Source: Klebsormidium nitens | Taxonomy: Eukaryota > Plantae > Klebsormidiophyceae | Direction of reading: 5' to 3' | Assembly (NCBI GenBank): GCA_000708835.1 | Contig: DF237212.1 | Location: 1 to 64,000 of the forward strand | DNA: 64,000 bases | In this document: piece after piece, positions 24,501 through 36,900 of the stretch | Position numbering within the stretch: the first letter of the stretch is position 1 | Layout of the letters: each line of letters opens with the position of its first letter | Notes under the pieces: generated by a model | The model's input: the letters and a program-made list of their open reading frames with translations, nothing else | Database searches by the model: none | Told to the model about the DNA's origin: nothing | Program-made: the position numbers and the translations under genes

Positions 24501-27500
24501 GCCCGATCTCCAAACGCCTCCGCAGCCCAGGCCAGGTTTCCCCCGGCGGTCATGATCGAACCCGTTTTGAACACCAGCCCCGGGTCCGGGTGCGCCAGTG
24601 TGAACACCCCGGGCGTGTGTAACCGGCCACTGCTGCCTGGCGGGTCGGCGCCTCGAGGGAAGGAACCGGCCACCCATCCGGAGGAGCCCAGGTAGATGTA
24701 CTGCACCCCAGGACGACCAGCTCCGCACCTGGGCGGAATCAATGGTGTCAATTTTTGCTGCCAATCTTTGGAGAGTGCAAGTGCGGCGTCGATCGTGCAA
24801 GCAGGCAACCCCAGCCAGTCCGTTCACCCGAAGAGGTGGTCATTTTACTGCAGGTTCAGTGAAACCTGGCCGCCTAACCCGACTCTCCTTTGAGCCCATC
24901 GCAGAACTTGGCCAAATGCACAAAACCTAAGACGTTCGATGAGTGTCTCCTAAGTATTTGAGGGTCCTAGTTTTGCGCTACGGGCAAAGTTTTGCATTCG
25001 GCTCAAATCGGACTTGGATCAAGCGGCCATGATGACCGAATGCGCAGTAAGAGAGCTTCTTCCTTTGCGAGCCAGTCGCGCAGATTGAGAGAGACCTACG
25101 GATTGCGGCACAAGGATCTCAACGAAAATGGGCAGAAATGTTACGTGGCGACCACTTACCCTATCGTGCTAGCCCCTGCGTCGCCGCAGCTGTGGAAGAC
25201 GGGAATGCCCGCCAGCTCCGCGGCTCCCAGGGCCTCCGCTGCCTCAGGAAGTAGCTCGCCTGCACGCGGGAGTCCCAAAAGTTTCGGTCACAGATCAAGG
25301 CGTACGTCGAAGCTGCTCATACCGGTTCAACCTAGGATTTCAGCTCGGTGCCAAAGAGCCAGATGCGGCACTACGAAGGTTTTTTGCACGAGGACGCATT
25401 TTTGATCAGCGACTGTATATACACGTCGAATATACAAGAGACGCTCGCTCGCGGACTTCCGACTATCTCAATTGAGAGCCAGTGTGACGAAACCCAATTT
25501 CACGAGAGCCATTACAATGGTCAGGCTCGCGGGATGTGAATAGAAGCATTCATTTTTGCCTACGTAATCGAGGCCCCGCAGGGTGCCAGGCCTTCCCGTT
25601 CCTTGGGTGACAGAAGAGAAGCTTACCGCAAGGCTTGTCTACAGCATGTATCAAAGGCAGCTTCTCCAGCCATCTCGACAGGCCCAGCGTCTCGAGCACG
25701 CCTGATGCATAATCTCCTGCGGAAAAGTCACAGATCTAGCAAATCTGCGAGGCCATTGACGCTTGGTCGCGGATGCCAAGTAAGGACAGCAACTCCAGAG
25801 TACCCGGTCGTATGAAGAAAGTTGCACATTTTGGGTAAAAGGAAACGAGATGAGAACAAATTCATCGACCTACGAGCTGCATGAGCTGTAGCGTGCGCAA
25901 GCTATCGGCAGACGACGGACAAAGCGCAGCACCCGACTGCATCAATCAAGTTCAGGCTCGAATCGATTCCAAGATCTCGCTTCCCCATTTCCGCCTCTGA
26001 CTTTGATAGGTGAACGTTTCTCAAACCCTCGTTCTTCTTACCCGGGGATGCAATGAGAGTGAGGCCCGTTGTAGACGCCGTGGTTGCATCTGTTACAAGG
26101 GCTCCGCTCATCCGATGGACCACGTAGTCATGCCTGCTTGTTGAAATGATGCGCATCAGCTGTCCAGTCTTCATGCCTCCAAACAGCTGACCAGCCTCTT
26201 CAGTGCTGCTCAACTCCAGGTTCTAGAACAAAGTCAAGAACAGAACGGCGAGTCGGGGTCAAGAAGAAGAGAATTGGATAAGCGGAACACATGACAAGCT
26301 CGCTCACCCGCCCAAAAGCAGCGTCTGGCTGTTTTCGGAGTAGGTGGCCGCGTGACGGTCCAGCCACATCAGCTTCGCCAGGACGCTGCAAGATTTTGCG
26401 ACACGACTCAGTTCTCTGGGCAGATTCTGAAACGCAGACCATCTAAAGCAAATCGTCCTTGGCTCCATGCAAGACATGCGTTCAGAACGTTTTTGCTGGT
26501 TCGATGAAACAGCTGTTTGAAACCCGCTTCAAAGCGTTGAAAACTGAAATCAGGTTCTCAAAGCAGAAAACCGCCTTGCAAAACGTCTGCGTGCAACTCA
26601 CCTCACCTTGCAGCGCCCTGCGCCGACCCTGTCATGGTCGCAAGTTGGTCACGGCCCCCACACAGCTCGTTGACCTATCAATAAGGTAATCTGTGCCATT
26701 AGTGACATCATTGAACTCTAATTTTGCTGACTAGCTTCAGATTCAACCTCATGAATAACACGAGTCGAGTTTCAGGGTCGCTTCCTTACTTCAGTGGTGG
26801 GTAAATTCCTGAATCTGTTTGTTCTTCCTCAGGATTGGTTTTCCGGTTAAGACTCACCTTGTTTGCTTCCAGGTGCGCCCGGGTATCCGAGTAGAGTATA
26901 GCAGGGGCTGCCTCATGAGTGGGATCCTGGAGGAAGATGCAAAGCAAACATAGGCGTCACTAATGAAATAAACACTCTGATTACAGGTTGGCAGAGCGAA
27001 GAAGAGTTTGAGTCGATCAATGCATGCACCAAACACACGAATACTGTAAGTCAAGCAACAAAGGTGTAGTGTACTTGCCACCCTTCGTAAGTGACAGGTG
27101 GTTCAGATTCTTTGAAAAACAGGTAAGTTGTTCCTGAAAACGGGCTTACCTTCGGTAGGGGGATGATGTCTTGCATTTGTCCGGTTACGGCCACAGCTTT
27201 GACACATGAAACATCAATTTCCTGATCTCCCAGATCTTTCATCTGTGATAAGCAGCTCTGAGAGGCCTTTTGGGTTGCCAGCCACCATTCCTCGGTTTCC
27301 TGCTCCATGAATGTCACCCCATCTCTGCGAACACAGGGGGCACAAGGCATCAACCAACAAGACTCGTTGTTACTCACTGGATGATCAAGCAGAGTTGATG
27401 AGTCATTCGCAGCTGGTGGGCCTATCAATCTACTGAGCAGGTATCTGCAGATATTATACAATGGCCCCCAAACAGAGAAGAAGATAACGCCGGCAAACAG

Positions 27501-27944
27501 CTATGTCGAAGCTGATCAAGGCTTGATGAGGTGGTGGTGTTGTCAAAGTAAGTGCGGCACTTACTTCTGACTCTGTGTGGTCCTTGCATGAGCAGAAAAA
27601 CCGCTTGCTATGACGAGTCCGACTTGATTAATGATCGCCACTTTTGTCCCGCCAGTTCCGACATCGCATGCCATAATGCATTCATCATAAGTAGTGACAG
27701 CTGCCTGGATAGAAGGCCTTGTAGCCGCAAGCCTTTGCTGTTTCAATGCATCTGATTTCAAATGCAAGGACGACAAAAAGACATGCCAATTGGCGACCGG
27801 TGGTAACATTGCGCTCCTGAAAGCAGAGGTAACATTCCTTTGACAATTGGTCATCACGCCCTCATGGTGACGACATCTGTTGCTGCCATGCGAGTTGGCT
27901 GATATGCATTTTCCAGCGCCAGAATGTACTCTAGCGGAAGACAT
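21533..27944 (-). CDS. FGGY-family carbohydrate kinase, bacterial XylB (xylulokinase)-like; about 14 exons, 5' end uncertain
   Basis: Minus-strand exons join in frame. 27704-27565 IMACDVGTGGTK; 27324-27150 EQETEEWW..AVAVTGQMQD; 26926-26858 PAILYSDTRA; about 26670-26610 TMTGSAQGAAS; about 26390-26310 VLAKLMWL; about 26135-26045 GHDYVVHRMSG..TDATTASTTGL; about 25265-25165 PVFHSCGDAGA; about 24720-24500 YIYLGSSGW; about 24170-24075 GLLYLPFLNGE; about 23665-23580 RCPFDDGDARAAFVGL; 23184-23118 VMEGTAF; about 22825-22770 LRLVGGGAR; then SSVWPSIIASIFG, EVGVKGAAILAG and LYPAL. The last short exon (21579-21533) and the start (possible ATG at 27944) are tentative. Confidence 0.9.
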
Positions 27945-28684
27945 TGCTGGCGCCAATCTTGAAGAAGCAAATGTAATTGAGGTCTGGTCGCTTAGTGCTC
28001 TGAAAGCAACCTGGAGGAGGATGGAGCCAGCTCCCAGCTAGCTTTTGCACCCGTTAATTTTGAACCAATCAAAGAAAAGAGAGCGTGTATTGCTGAAATG
28101 CTCTTTACCTACTGCTCCTGGATAATGCGCACAATGCGTCTTAATGGCAAGCCGCAATGCAGCGCCACAGCGCAGCTCTGATCAACAAGAGAACCAAAGC
28201 TAGACAGAGTTGGATTCTGGGGGGAGTTCAAGATTCTCAATGTCAGTGTGGACCTCGGTAGAAGATTCAAACTTCTGTCCTCAGATCCTTGATCATCCCA
28301 CCTGTTGGCCATCGGACGGTCAGAGCTGCTCTGAAACACAGCAACTGACGTAGCGGCTGACATCAGCTGTCCACCTTTGAGCTGATCTGGCACCAGCAGG
28401 GCAGCTTTGTAGCAGGAGAGGGTTCACATTGGACTTTCGATCAACTTTCGCTTTGTTTTGAGATGTACCCAAATGACGTGTGCTGACGTTGTACCAGCGA
28501 GTTCCGAAGTTGGGTTCACATCGGGAAAACCATTGTCGAATGCATCACCAGTTTTGGCGGAGACAACGTGCGATCACGTGGATGTACAAAATGGTACACT
28601 TGGTACACTTTGACGTCATAACATTCGGCCGAACTGCGCATCGGTGAATCTGAGCCACTCGATCGCTGAGTCGGACGTCATAAT

Positions 28685-28741
28685 CGTAAAACATGTTTTC
28701 GAAAGGCGGTCGCCGACCGCCTTTCGAAAACATGTTTTACG
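28685..28741. repeat. Perfect 28-bp inverted repeat with a 1-nt spacer (57-bp palindrome) in the divergent promoter
   Basis: CGTAAAACATGTTTTCGAAAGGCGGTCG-C-CGACCGCCTTTCGAAAACATGTTTTACG; the arms are exact reverse complements. Confidence 0.97.
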
Positions 28742-28980
28742 GATGACATTTTGGTCCGTTCTTCGATGCCGAAAGCTTTTTGATGTTCGTAACTTTGACC
28801 GTTGGCAAAGAGCGTTCCGGACCATGACGTGTGCTTCCGTCACTGCAGTAACTTCGTGTTTTCGAAGGAGGATAATCTGTTCCGGAAAGTCCAATGTGAA
28901 CCCTCTCCAGGTCAAATCTCATGCGGCGCTACGTAAGTTGAAGCCCCTTTGAAATTTCAGCCATTGTACGGGAGGAATCT

Positions 28981-31900
28981 ATGCAGTCTCTTGTGAACGC
29001 ACACCCTGTGGGTTTTCCAGCACGTGCTTTGAGTTGGACATCGTTGAGGGGGGCCAGCGGCCAGGTAAGCTGCTTCTTCTCTACTGCATGCGGGCTTGCT
29101 TTCCTTATCTAATCACTTTGAACCCACTCTTTGGCCCGAAAAGCTGAGTGCTGTCGTTACAAAGTGCATTCTGCGCACTTGGTCTCCATTTCATCATTCG
29201 CCATGTTGGTTCCCATAATGATCTGGCTGCCAGCAGCAGGCTTTGAAAGCCATTGCGGATCCCCTACTTTTGACCACCACTGGCATCACCACTGCCGTTC
29301 ACTCCATCCAAGGCGGTTGCCTTTTCTCAAGTCGATGTTAGTAGATCTCCTGCCACCTTTGACTTTGATTAAGGGACAGCTGCTGTTCGAACTCTAGGTG
29401 GTCCTTGTCTGTCAGGTCAATCATCAAGCAGTTTTTCGTGTCTCACAAAGGAGATTCCCACCAGAATCACGATCTTTGAAAGGGACGTTCAGGCAGGCAC
29501 GAATTCTAGCAATGGGAACCGTGGAACCGACACCCGGGGACAGGATCCAGCAGGGGCTTAAACCTGATGCCCGTGAAGATTTGTCAGGTAGGTCTTTCTT
29601 GAATTGATGGGGTAGCAGATGAATCGTTCTGCTGCTTGATCGTTGTGCATTATTTTCAGAAAAGTAAAAGCATCCTTGCTTGAGTTGAGTGTTTGAATCC
29701 ATGTAATCGTATAATGGACAATCAAAGCAATGATCGCCGGTTGCAACTTTTGAAGTTGCCAACTGAGTTGGCAAACATAATGTGACAAAGTGAAGGACGT
29801 GACTCCGCTTGTTAAGAATTGGGGTATTCCTGCTTCCATTTACTCTCTGTCAACAAGGGTGCTACACTTGTCAGTATTTCATTCAGCCTTATCTTGCTGT
29901 ATTGCAGCGAATAGACCATCGCCTCCACCGCTTCCAAAAGGCATCAAGTTGAAGGCTGTCTTCTTCGATGTTGATGGCACAATAGCAGTTTCAGACCCCC
30001 TTCATTTCAAGTCATTCCAAGTGAGTAACGCCCCTCTCTCCTGGGAATAGTATTACATTAGTGAATCTGTTCGCTCGTTGGCATAGGAGATTGGTCTTGA
30101 CCATGATAGTCACCTTCAACAAGTGCGAGTCACAGCAGCTGCGTTCCTTGGCATCCGTACACAAGAGTTTGACTGTGCTGTGATGCAGCGCAAACTTCCG
30201 TTCAATCTTGCTGAAAACATGCGTTGACGTTTCCTTTCACCAGGTATATTTGATTTCGAGCAAGTACTGATTCCTTGAAATCTGGCCTGCAGGAGATGTT
30301 AAGTAATGTCGGGTTTAATGGTGGAATTCCTATTGATGAGGCCTTCTTTCAGAAGAACATCAGCGGCCGCCACAATCCAGACATTGCAAAAGATGTAGGT
30401 ATGTCAACCCTTAGAGCCCTGATTGCGAGATTCAAACATGAGTGCCAAAAGCCTGCTACTGCCTTCTCCCTCTTTTTCGAGACGTAATGCTCAATTGCTT
30501 CTGCCAGTTACTGTTAGTGAATTGTATAAAGACATCTTATCACCTGCGCAATATTGGTATTGAACTGTGTGCAGAAGCCAGAGTCCTCTCTAGCCAGTGG
30601 ACACGGGATCTTTTAGACAAGCTGGTGCTCTCCAGTAGATCGAAGAGATGCCTTCAACAAGTCTTCATGAACAGGCCTTTTCAAACAACTGACCAGCCTG
30701 CAACTTGCGCCCTTTTTGCAGCTCTTCCCTGATTGGCCGATGGACAAGGCAATGCAGTTCATGGATGATAAGGAGGCACACTTCCGGAAGTTGGCCCTGG
30801 GCATCCTGGAGCCTACCGGGGGCCTCCTTCGGTTCTGCAAGTGGGTTGAGGAGAAAGGGCTTACAAGAGCGGCCGTCACCAACGCCCCCCGGGCGAATGC
30901 AGAGCAGATGATCAAGGCTGTGGGACTCGAGCAGTTCTTCCAGCTGTGTGAGCAAGCCAGAACTCGGGCTTCTTTTCGCAGAGACTTTGAAATACTCCCG
31001 AGACTGAGTTGCAGTTTGGTTCTCCTGCTCGTGCTGGTCGAAGACTTGCAGGGCGGTTAGGCAACAGAGTCCGAATTCGCTTTCTGCTAAACAATTCTAG
31101 ATATCCAAAGCGCTTCGACTGTGCGATGAGTGCGATAAGCGCGTCGGGCAGGTTGATTGAGGCCAAGTGAAGATACAACGAAATCTGAACGATGTCAAGC
31201 TCTGCTTCTAGATTGATGACGGCTCGCGCTTATCTGCGGGTGCAGTGGTGATTGGTTCCGAGTGTAAGCGGGGAAAGCCGCACCCTGATCCATATGAGGA
31301 CGCGTTGAAACACTTCGGGTTGCAGCCAAACGAAGCGGTGGTGATCGAGGTAAGGATCACTTCGAGTTTAAACGGGCAGGTTGTAAAGTGTCCCAGCTGG
31401 AAGACGCCTTTCTTGATGTGTTCCAATCCCAACGAGGTTTTGACAGTTACATAATTCGGCATTGACAAAGTGGCTTTGAAAGCGGATAGTCGTACAGCCA
31501 GTTAGGTGCTCAGGTGCGGGCTAAATGACTGGTTGCAGTATCAGCGATTTTGTTTAGGCTATGTGCACCGCTGCTTTCGATATATCGAGCTGTGAACAGC
31601 GTTCTTGAGCTCGTCATTGGTTGATGGTGATCTGGTTGGTGGTAGAAGTGCATCTGGTTGACGCAGATTTTGTTTGATGGACAAGCTTTTCGATAGAACG
31701 GTTCCATTCTGAGCCATCAGGAATTGGACCTTCGTATCTGGTAAAATCCTTCGTTTCTGCTCCACTCGACTATCCAAGTCATTGGTTGCATCCTGATTTT
31801 ACGAGTCGTTACCTGGTTTTGGTTGTGGCAGGATTCCTCTGCCGGGCTCCAAGCAGCCGTCGCTGCAGGCATTCCGTCTGTTGGCATCTTGACCGGGAAT

Positions 31901-31987
31901 CCTGAGTCCAGTCTCATTGCTGCCGGAGCTTCGGTGACGATACGTGATTTTGACGATGAGAAATTGTGGAAGGCGCTAGAGCAATAA
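28981..31987 (+). CDS. HAD-superfamily hydrolase, Sgpp-type (At2g38740-like) sugar-phosphate phosphatase with N-terminal transit-peptide-like extension; 7 exons
   Basis: Exons 28981-29064, 29416-29587, 29908-30020, 30293-30394, 30722-30947, 31246-31349 and 31832-31987. Motif I FFDVDGT..SDPLH, GFNGGIPIDEAFF..NISGRHN, motif II AAVTNAPRANAE, motif III GSECKRGKPHPDPY, motif IV IEDSSAGLQAAVAAG, and C-terminal LWKALE. The first two exons are less certain. Confidence 0.93.
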
Positions 31988-33022
31988 GTCTGTTGAGTAA
32001 ACTACTGAATTTGCTGCATAACGCTCGCTTGAGGACCGTCAATTTTAAACACAATTTCGCAAGAAAAGGTGGTATATACAAGTGAGATCATGACCAATGT
32101 TTTCCACGCCAGACTCTATAACCTGGTGGGTAAGACTTCGCTCAGTCTGGCGGGATGCTTATCATGTCAAGCCTAGGAGTGGTACTTGCCTTGAATTTGT
32201 GGCAGCGGAAGCAACATTCTCCTGTGACGCTAGCTAGATGCGCTGGGAGCGCTATTATCCTCATTAATAATCAAAATGTCAACCAAGATCTTGTCCGTCT
32301 CTGTCATCCAACAAGAGCCCATCGTACATGGTGGTAAATTGATATTCAAGAAAGAAAATGCAACCAATAGTCATCAGGGGATGTAGCGTGACTTGCCCAC
32401 TGACAAGCAGGGAGACTCCGCGCTCAATTTCAGACTGCACCTTCTTCTGATGTCGTATACTAGTATAAGGACTTAACCATCGTTTGAATTAGAGACCCTG
32501 AACTTTTATCTATTTATCGTCACCGCTGTGCGCACACATGCTTACACTAATCGAGTATGTGCAGCAAGCCTAAGCCACTCCTTTTGAATGCCTAATTATT
32601 CAAAGACAGCTAGAATGATCTATGCAAAACGGATTATAGCTACGACGTCAAAGGGGACAAAGGCCCTTTCTTTACATGAATGACAGGAGCATGGTATTGC
32701 TAGAATTGCATCCGCAAACGAGTATAAGTCATAGATGGCACGGCGTGTGATAAGCTTTGCCCAAAGATACTGGCCCGACACTGGCGGCGGGCTGCAAGAC
32801 ACATGGGTTGCGAGTGGGTTGCCTAGTGCATAAAAAGTCAGGGCTTGTCTTATAGACACCATCAGGCAGAACGCCGCAGAAGTGTTCTACCTCGCAGCGC
32901 GGACTACGTAGTCTACACACAAACTGATGTAGGTATGACGACTGATGAGACGCGGGTTCCGTTTGTTAGCCCTCAGCAGATCAGCACTAGCCTAGTCTCC
33001 AAAAGGCATTGGAGCTCTCAAA

Positions 33023-33023
<1 letters not shown>

Positions 33024-33091
<68 letters not shown>

Positions 33092-33096
33092 ACAAC
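33024..33096 (+). repeat. (AAC)n microsatellite: 22 perfect units plus 2 after a 1-nt slip
   Basis: Direct reading; preceded by a short A run. Confidence 0.98.
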
Positions 33097-33955
33097 GATG
33101 TAAACAATAGTTCGCTGGCCAAGCCAACTGAAAGGCCCGAACTTTAAAGTCTGAAGAACCTCCGAGTCCAGGGGATCGAGTCAAGATTCTAGCGCTGGAC
33201 ATGTCATCTCGACCCAACAAAATGAACGGTTGAGATGAGTCGATGTGTTTCCATGTGCCCGCGATATACGGAGGAACTTTGATAAAGTTACTCATCCTTC
33301 CATTATTGGACGCTGAATTACATAACCCCGTATGACGAACTTGCGAATGTGCCGCCCCGGTTGCTTGACAGTAGCCGGGCTAACGCTGGCCGTGCAGAGT
33401 GGTTGGGACTCGGCTCAAATGCTACACCGGCCGGATAAGCTCACAGGGCTTGTGCAGGCTGTGCGCACGTACAAAACTCATGAATGGTCCAACTGGGTTT
33501 GGTTAAAGCGCTTGGGGTTTAGATTTCAGCCCGGTGATCAGATCACCGAGTAAAACATGAAGCCCGGGCCTAACCCGGACCGGGCCAAGCAGGCCCCCGG
33601 GTCGTCAGCGCGAAGCAGAGAGGAAGGAAGTGGAAGGCTGTGGAAATGGGAGAATGACGCAACACTCCCAACAGAGGGCACATTGCATCATGATTCATGG
33701 ACGACTAGCCAGGTAGGGGCGCTGTTGAGGACGTCTTTGGAAGGAAGAGCGGGCTAGGTGCATCACTAAAGAACTTCAGGGAGTGGGATTCCGGGTTAAA
33801 AGAGAAGGCTGATGCTCTTTCTGGCTAGTGCTGCTCAAATGCCAGAGAGTTCGTCGTTGGCTAGTCGCAGGTGCACATAACCACTGCGTTGCTGCTTCTT
33901 CTCCTGGTTTTTGCTCGCTCGGGGGGCAGAGTGTAAGATCTAGAAAAAGAACACG

Positions 33956-36900
33956 ATGGGGGACGAAGTGGAGAATGGGGTCCGAGTGGTAGACGTTGGG
34001 GATGCAGAAGCAGGGGGGATACCGAGAAACGTGTCGGAGATGTCGTTCGAGCAGAAAAAGCAGTACAATCTGAGCATCTCAGGCCTCACTTACAAGGTAA
34101 GCTTGCGCTTCAATCTAGAACCCAAAAAAAAGTTTTTGCGGCCGATGAAGGTGTAGATATGTCGTTGCATTGTGCCAAAGAAGGAAGGGAAAATATGATG
34201 GTTGGGGTGTTGTTGCATTGCCTGTTTAAACTGGTTGAGGTTGTTGCATTGCCTGTTTTAGACCGCTGGCACCCCTTCTCGGCTGCTCAAGGCCTGTGCT
34301 GGTGAGCGTTCAGCATTTTCTCAGGCACTTTCCTGTTGTTGTTCTAATGCAAATCTTGCAAGGGGCTGTAAAGCAACGGCGGAAGGAGGTGGTCGAGATG
34401 GTCAGAATCGACAGGAGTGTTGTACGCTTCTGCATTGGAAGTGGGCAGAACTTGTCTGCCTTGAGATCTGCCAGAGTTTGTTTCTTGGCAGGGTCTTCTT
34501 TGTATTACAACCATGTTACTTTAGATTGGTTGGCATTGACCACCAGTTTGTCTGACCACCAGATGGAATACTTGATTCAAGAAGATGCTTGCTTATATTG
34601 AGAGCGGGGGACGAGTTGTGCGCCTCCGCTCATTGCTCGAACCGAAAGTGATAACAGATAGTCATTGGAGTCTAGAGCGGCACCTTGGAAAAACATTCTT
34701 ACAAACAAGAGCTCAATGAAAGGTAGGTCGAGCAGGGGCAGCCCTTGATTGCAATTGACTCCAAGTTCCGTTTGGTGCTTCAGGCCACAAGCAGTGAGGA
34801 GGTGGTTAAAATGTTTGAAACCAGTTGGAGGTGTCCTAAAAGCGCCCTTATGATACTGAGTGCTGAGTTGTCAAATAGTCTCTACCCCTCAACTGTCACT
34901 GCTGATTCTTAAACTGACTTTGACCACATCAAACTTTTGGAACCTGGCTCCAGAAACAAGAGCCGCGCTTGGGGAGCACCACCTTTTGTCCTGAAAAGGG
35001 GGCACCGCTTCCGGACGTGCGAGAGTGGTCGCACGATTCCCCGCTTGACAAAAATCAAAATGATGGTCCAAAGCCATTTGCATCCTGCACTTGCCAGGTC
35101 GTGACTAAGGCCAAGAAGAAGGGCGAAGAGGCCACCACCAAGGTGCTCCTCAACAACATCGATGCGGAGGCGCGAGCGGGGGAAATCTTGGCGGTGGTCG
35201 GCCCATCGGGAGCCGGAAAGAGTACCTTTTTGGACGCTATCGCTGGAAGGTGGGGACACGTGTTCGCTCCTATCTTGCATGGGCGAGGGCTGGTGTGGGG
35301 AGGTGGTTAGGTCTTCATTCTTCTTCTTAGAGTTCTTCCAAAGGCTGCTTAGAGAAGTTCAAATGGTCGGTCGATGTTCATAAGATGCTGCAAGAATAGC
35401 TGCGCCAATGTACTGCACTCATGACCACAAGCACCTGGAAGTTCCTCGCACTTGTCGATTCTCCATTTGAAACCACTCTGGAATCTTTGACAGAAATTGG
35501 ATCTAAAACCTGACCCTCTTTTCGCAGGATCAACCCGCAGAGCCTGGAGGGCCAGATCCTGGCGAACCAGAAGCCCCTGGGGAGCGACTTCAAGCGCATC
35601 TCGGGGTACGTGATGCAGGACGACCAGCTGTTCCCGCGGCTGACGGTGCGCGAGACGCTCATGTTCAGCGCGCGGCTGCGGCTGCCGGGGACGATGAGCC
35701 ACAAGGAGAAGCAGGACCGGGTGGAGGAGATGATCCAGGTGCTGGGGCTCAAGTCGTGCGCAGAGACTAGGATTGGGGATGACGAGGTGAGGGCTTCTGA
35801 AAGTTCAAGGGTTAAGTCAAGGTTCAGGGGGTTACGGGGTGTTTTGGTGGTTAAGGATGATCCAGATGTTGGGGCGTGCGGTCATGCGCGAAGATGAGAA
35901 TCAGGGTCGACGAAGTGAGGTGAGGGGGTTTTGTGGGGGTCTGGGACTTAAGGCAAGATGATGGTCGCTTTCACCACAAGCAAACATGCTGTGTGCTCGT
36001 CAATCTGTTGCCGCAGCAAGAAGTATTGCTCAGAAGGGTCTGGAGTTCTATCTGTCAGACTGCGACCCTGCCACAACTCATTGACAAAACTGCTTCTATT
36101 CCAGGTGCGAGGCATCTCAGGCGGGGAGAAGCGGCGCACGTCCATTGGGGTGGACCTGATCCATGACCCGCCCGTGCTGTAAGAGCTCCCCATCGATGCC
36201 CCTTGTGGTGTTTAGGTGCTGTGCTCCTTTTAATCGGACCTTGAGCAAGTCAAAATAACCAAGCAGTCTCTTGGCTGATGATGAGGTGGAATTTCTGTTT
36301 TGCACCACAAGGAAAGGCTTGATCATGGTTGATTCGGAGGACAATACTACAGTGCAAGCAGTTCTTGCTGGTACATTTGGCAGCTAAGCTTAACACTCTC
36401 TGCAGATTCCTTGACGAGCCTACTTCGGGCCTCGACAGTACCAGGTACGCTTTTCCTTTGGACAGCCGATCCTGAACCGTCTGACTTAACAGTCGAGAGC
36501 CTCTCGAGGTCCTGGAGCCACTTCATAATGTTTGGGGAACTCGTGAGAATCTCTAGACAATCTGCCGGAGGGACGTCACTGGTCGCTCAATCTGCTCAAT
36601 CTCGATCAGGTCATAAGCAAGTTTGCCGAGTTCATGTGCCTGATTCTGCACTTCTTGCCGAGAGCTGGCTGCTCCAGCTGGTTGTCCTGGGTACCAGATC
36701 TCACTCACTGTTTACCTCTTTGCGTGCAGTGCACTCAACGTGGTGCAGATTCTCCACAACATCGCCTCCACCAGGCTGCGCACCATTGTGGTAAGCTGAC
36801 TCCTCCCTGTTTTACAACACCCTTTCCCTCAGCATTTTAAGGGCAGTTCTCATAGAGTTTGGTAGAAAGGTACAGGACGTGGTGGAGCAGGATTCCTCCT

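Noticed and set aside
28685-28741. Helitron 3' hairpin or Rho-independent terminator
   Set aside because: No CTRR a short distance downstream on either strand, no U-tract, and the context is eukaryotic.
32845-33295. Poly-Thr and poly-Leu ORFs
   Set aside because: Translations of the (AAC)n microsatellite.
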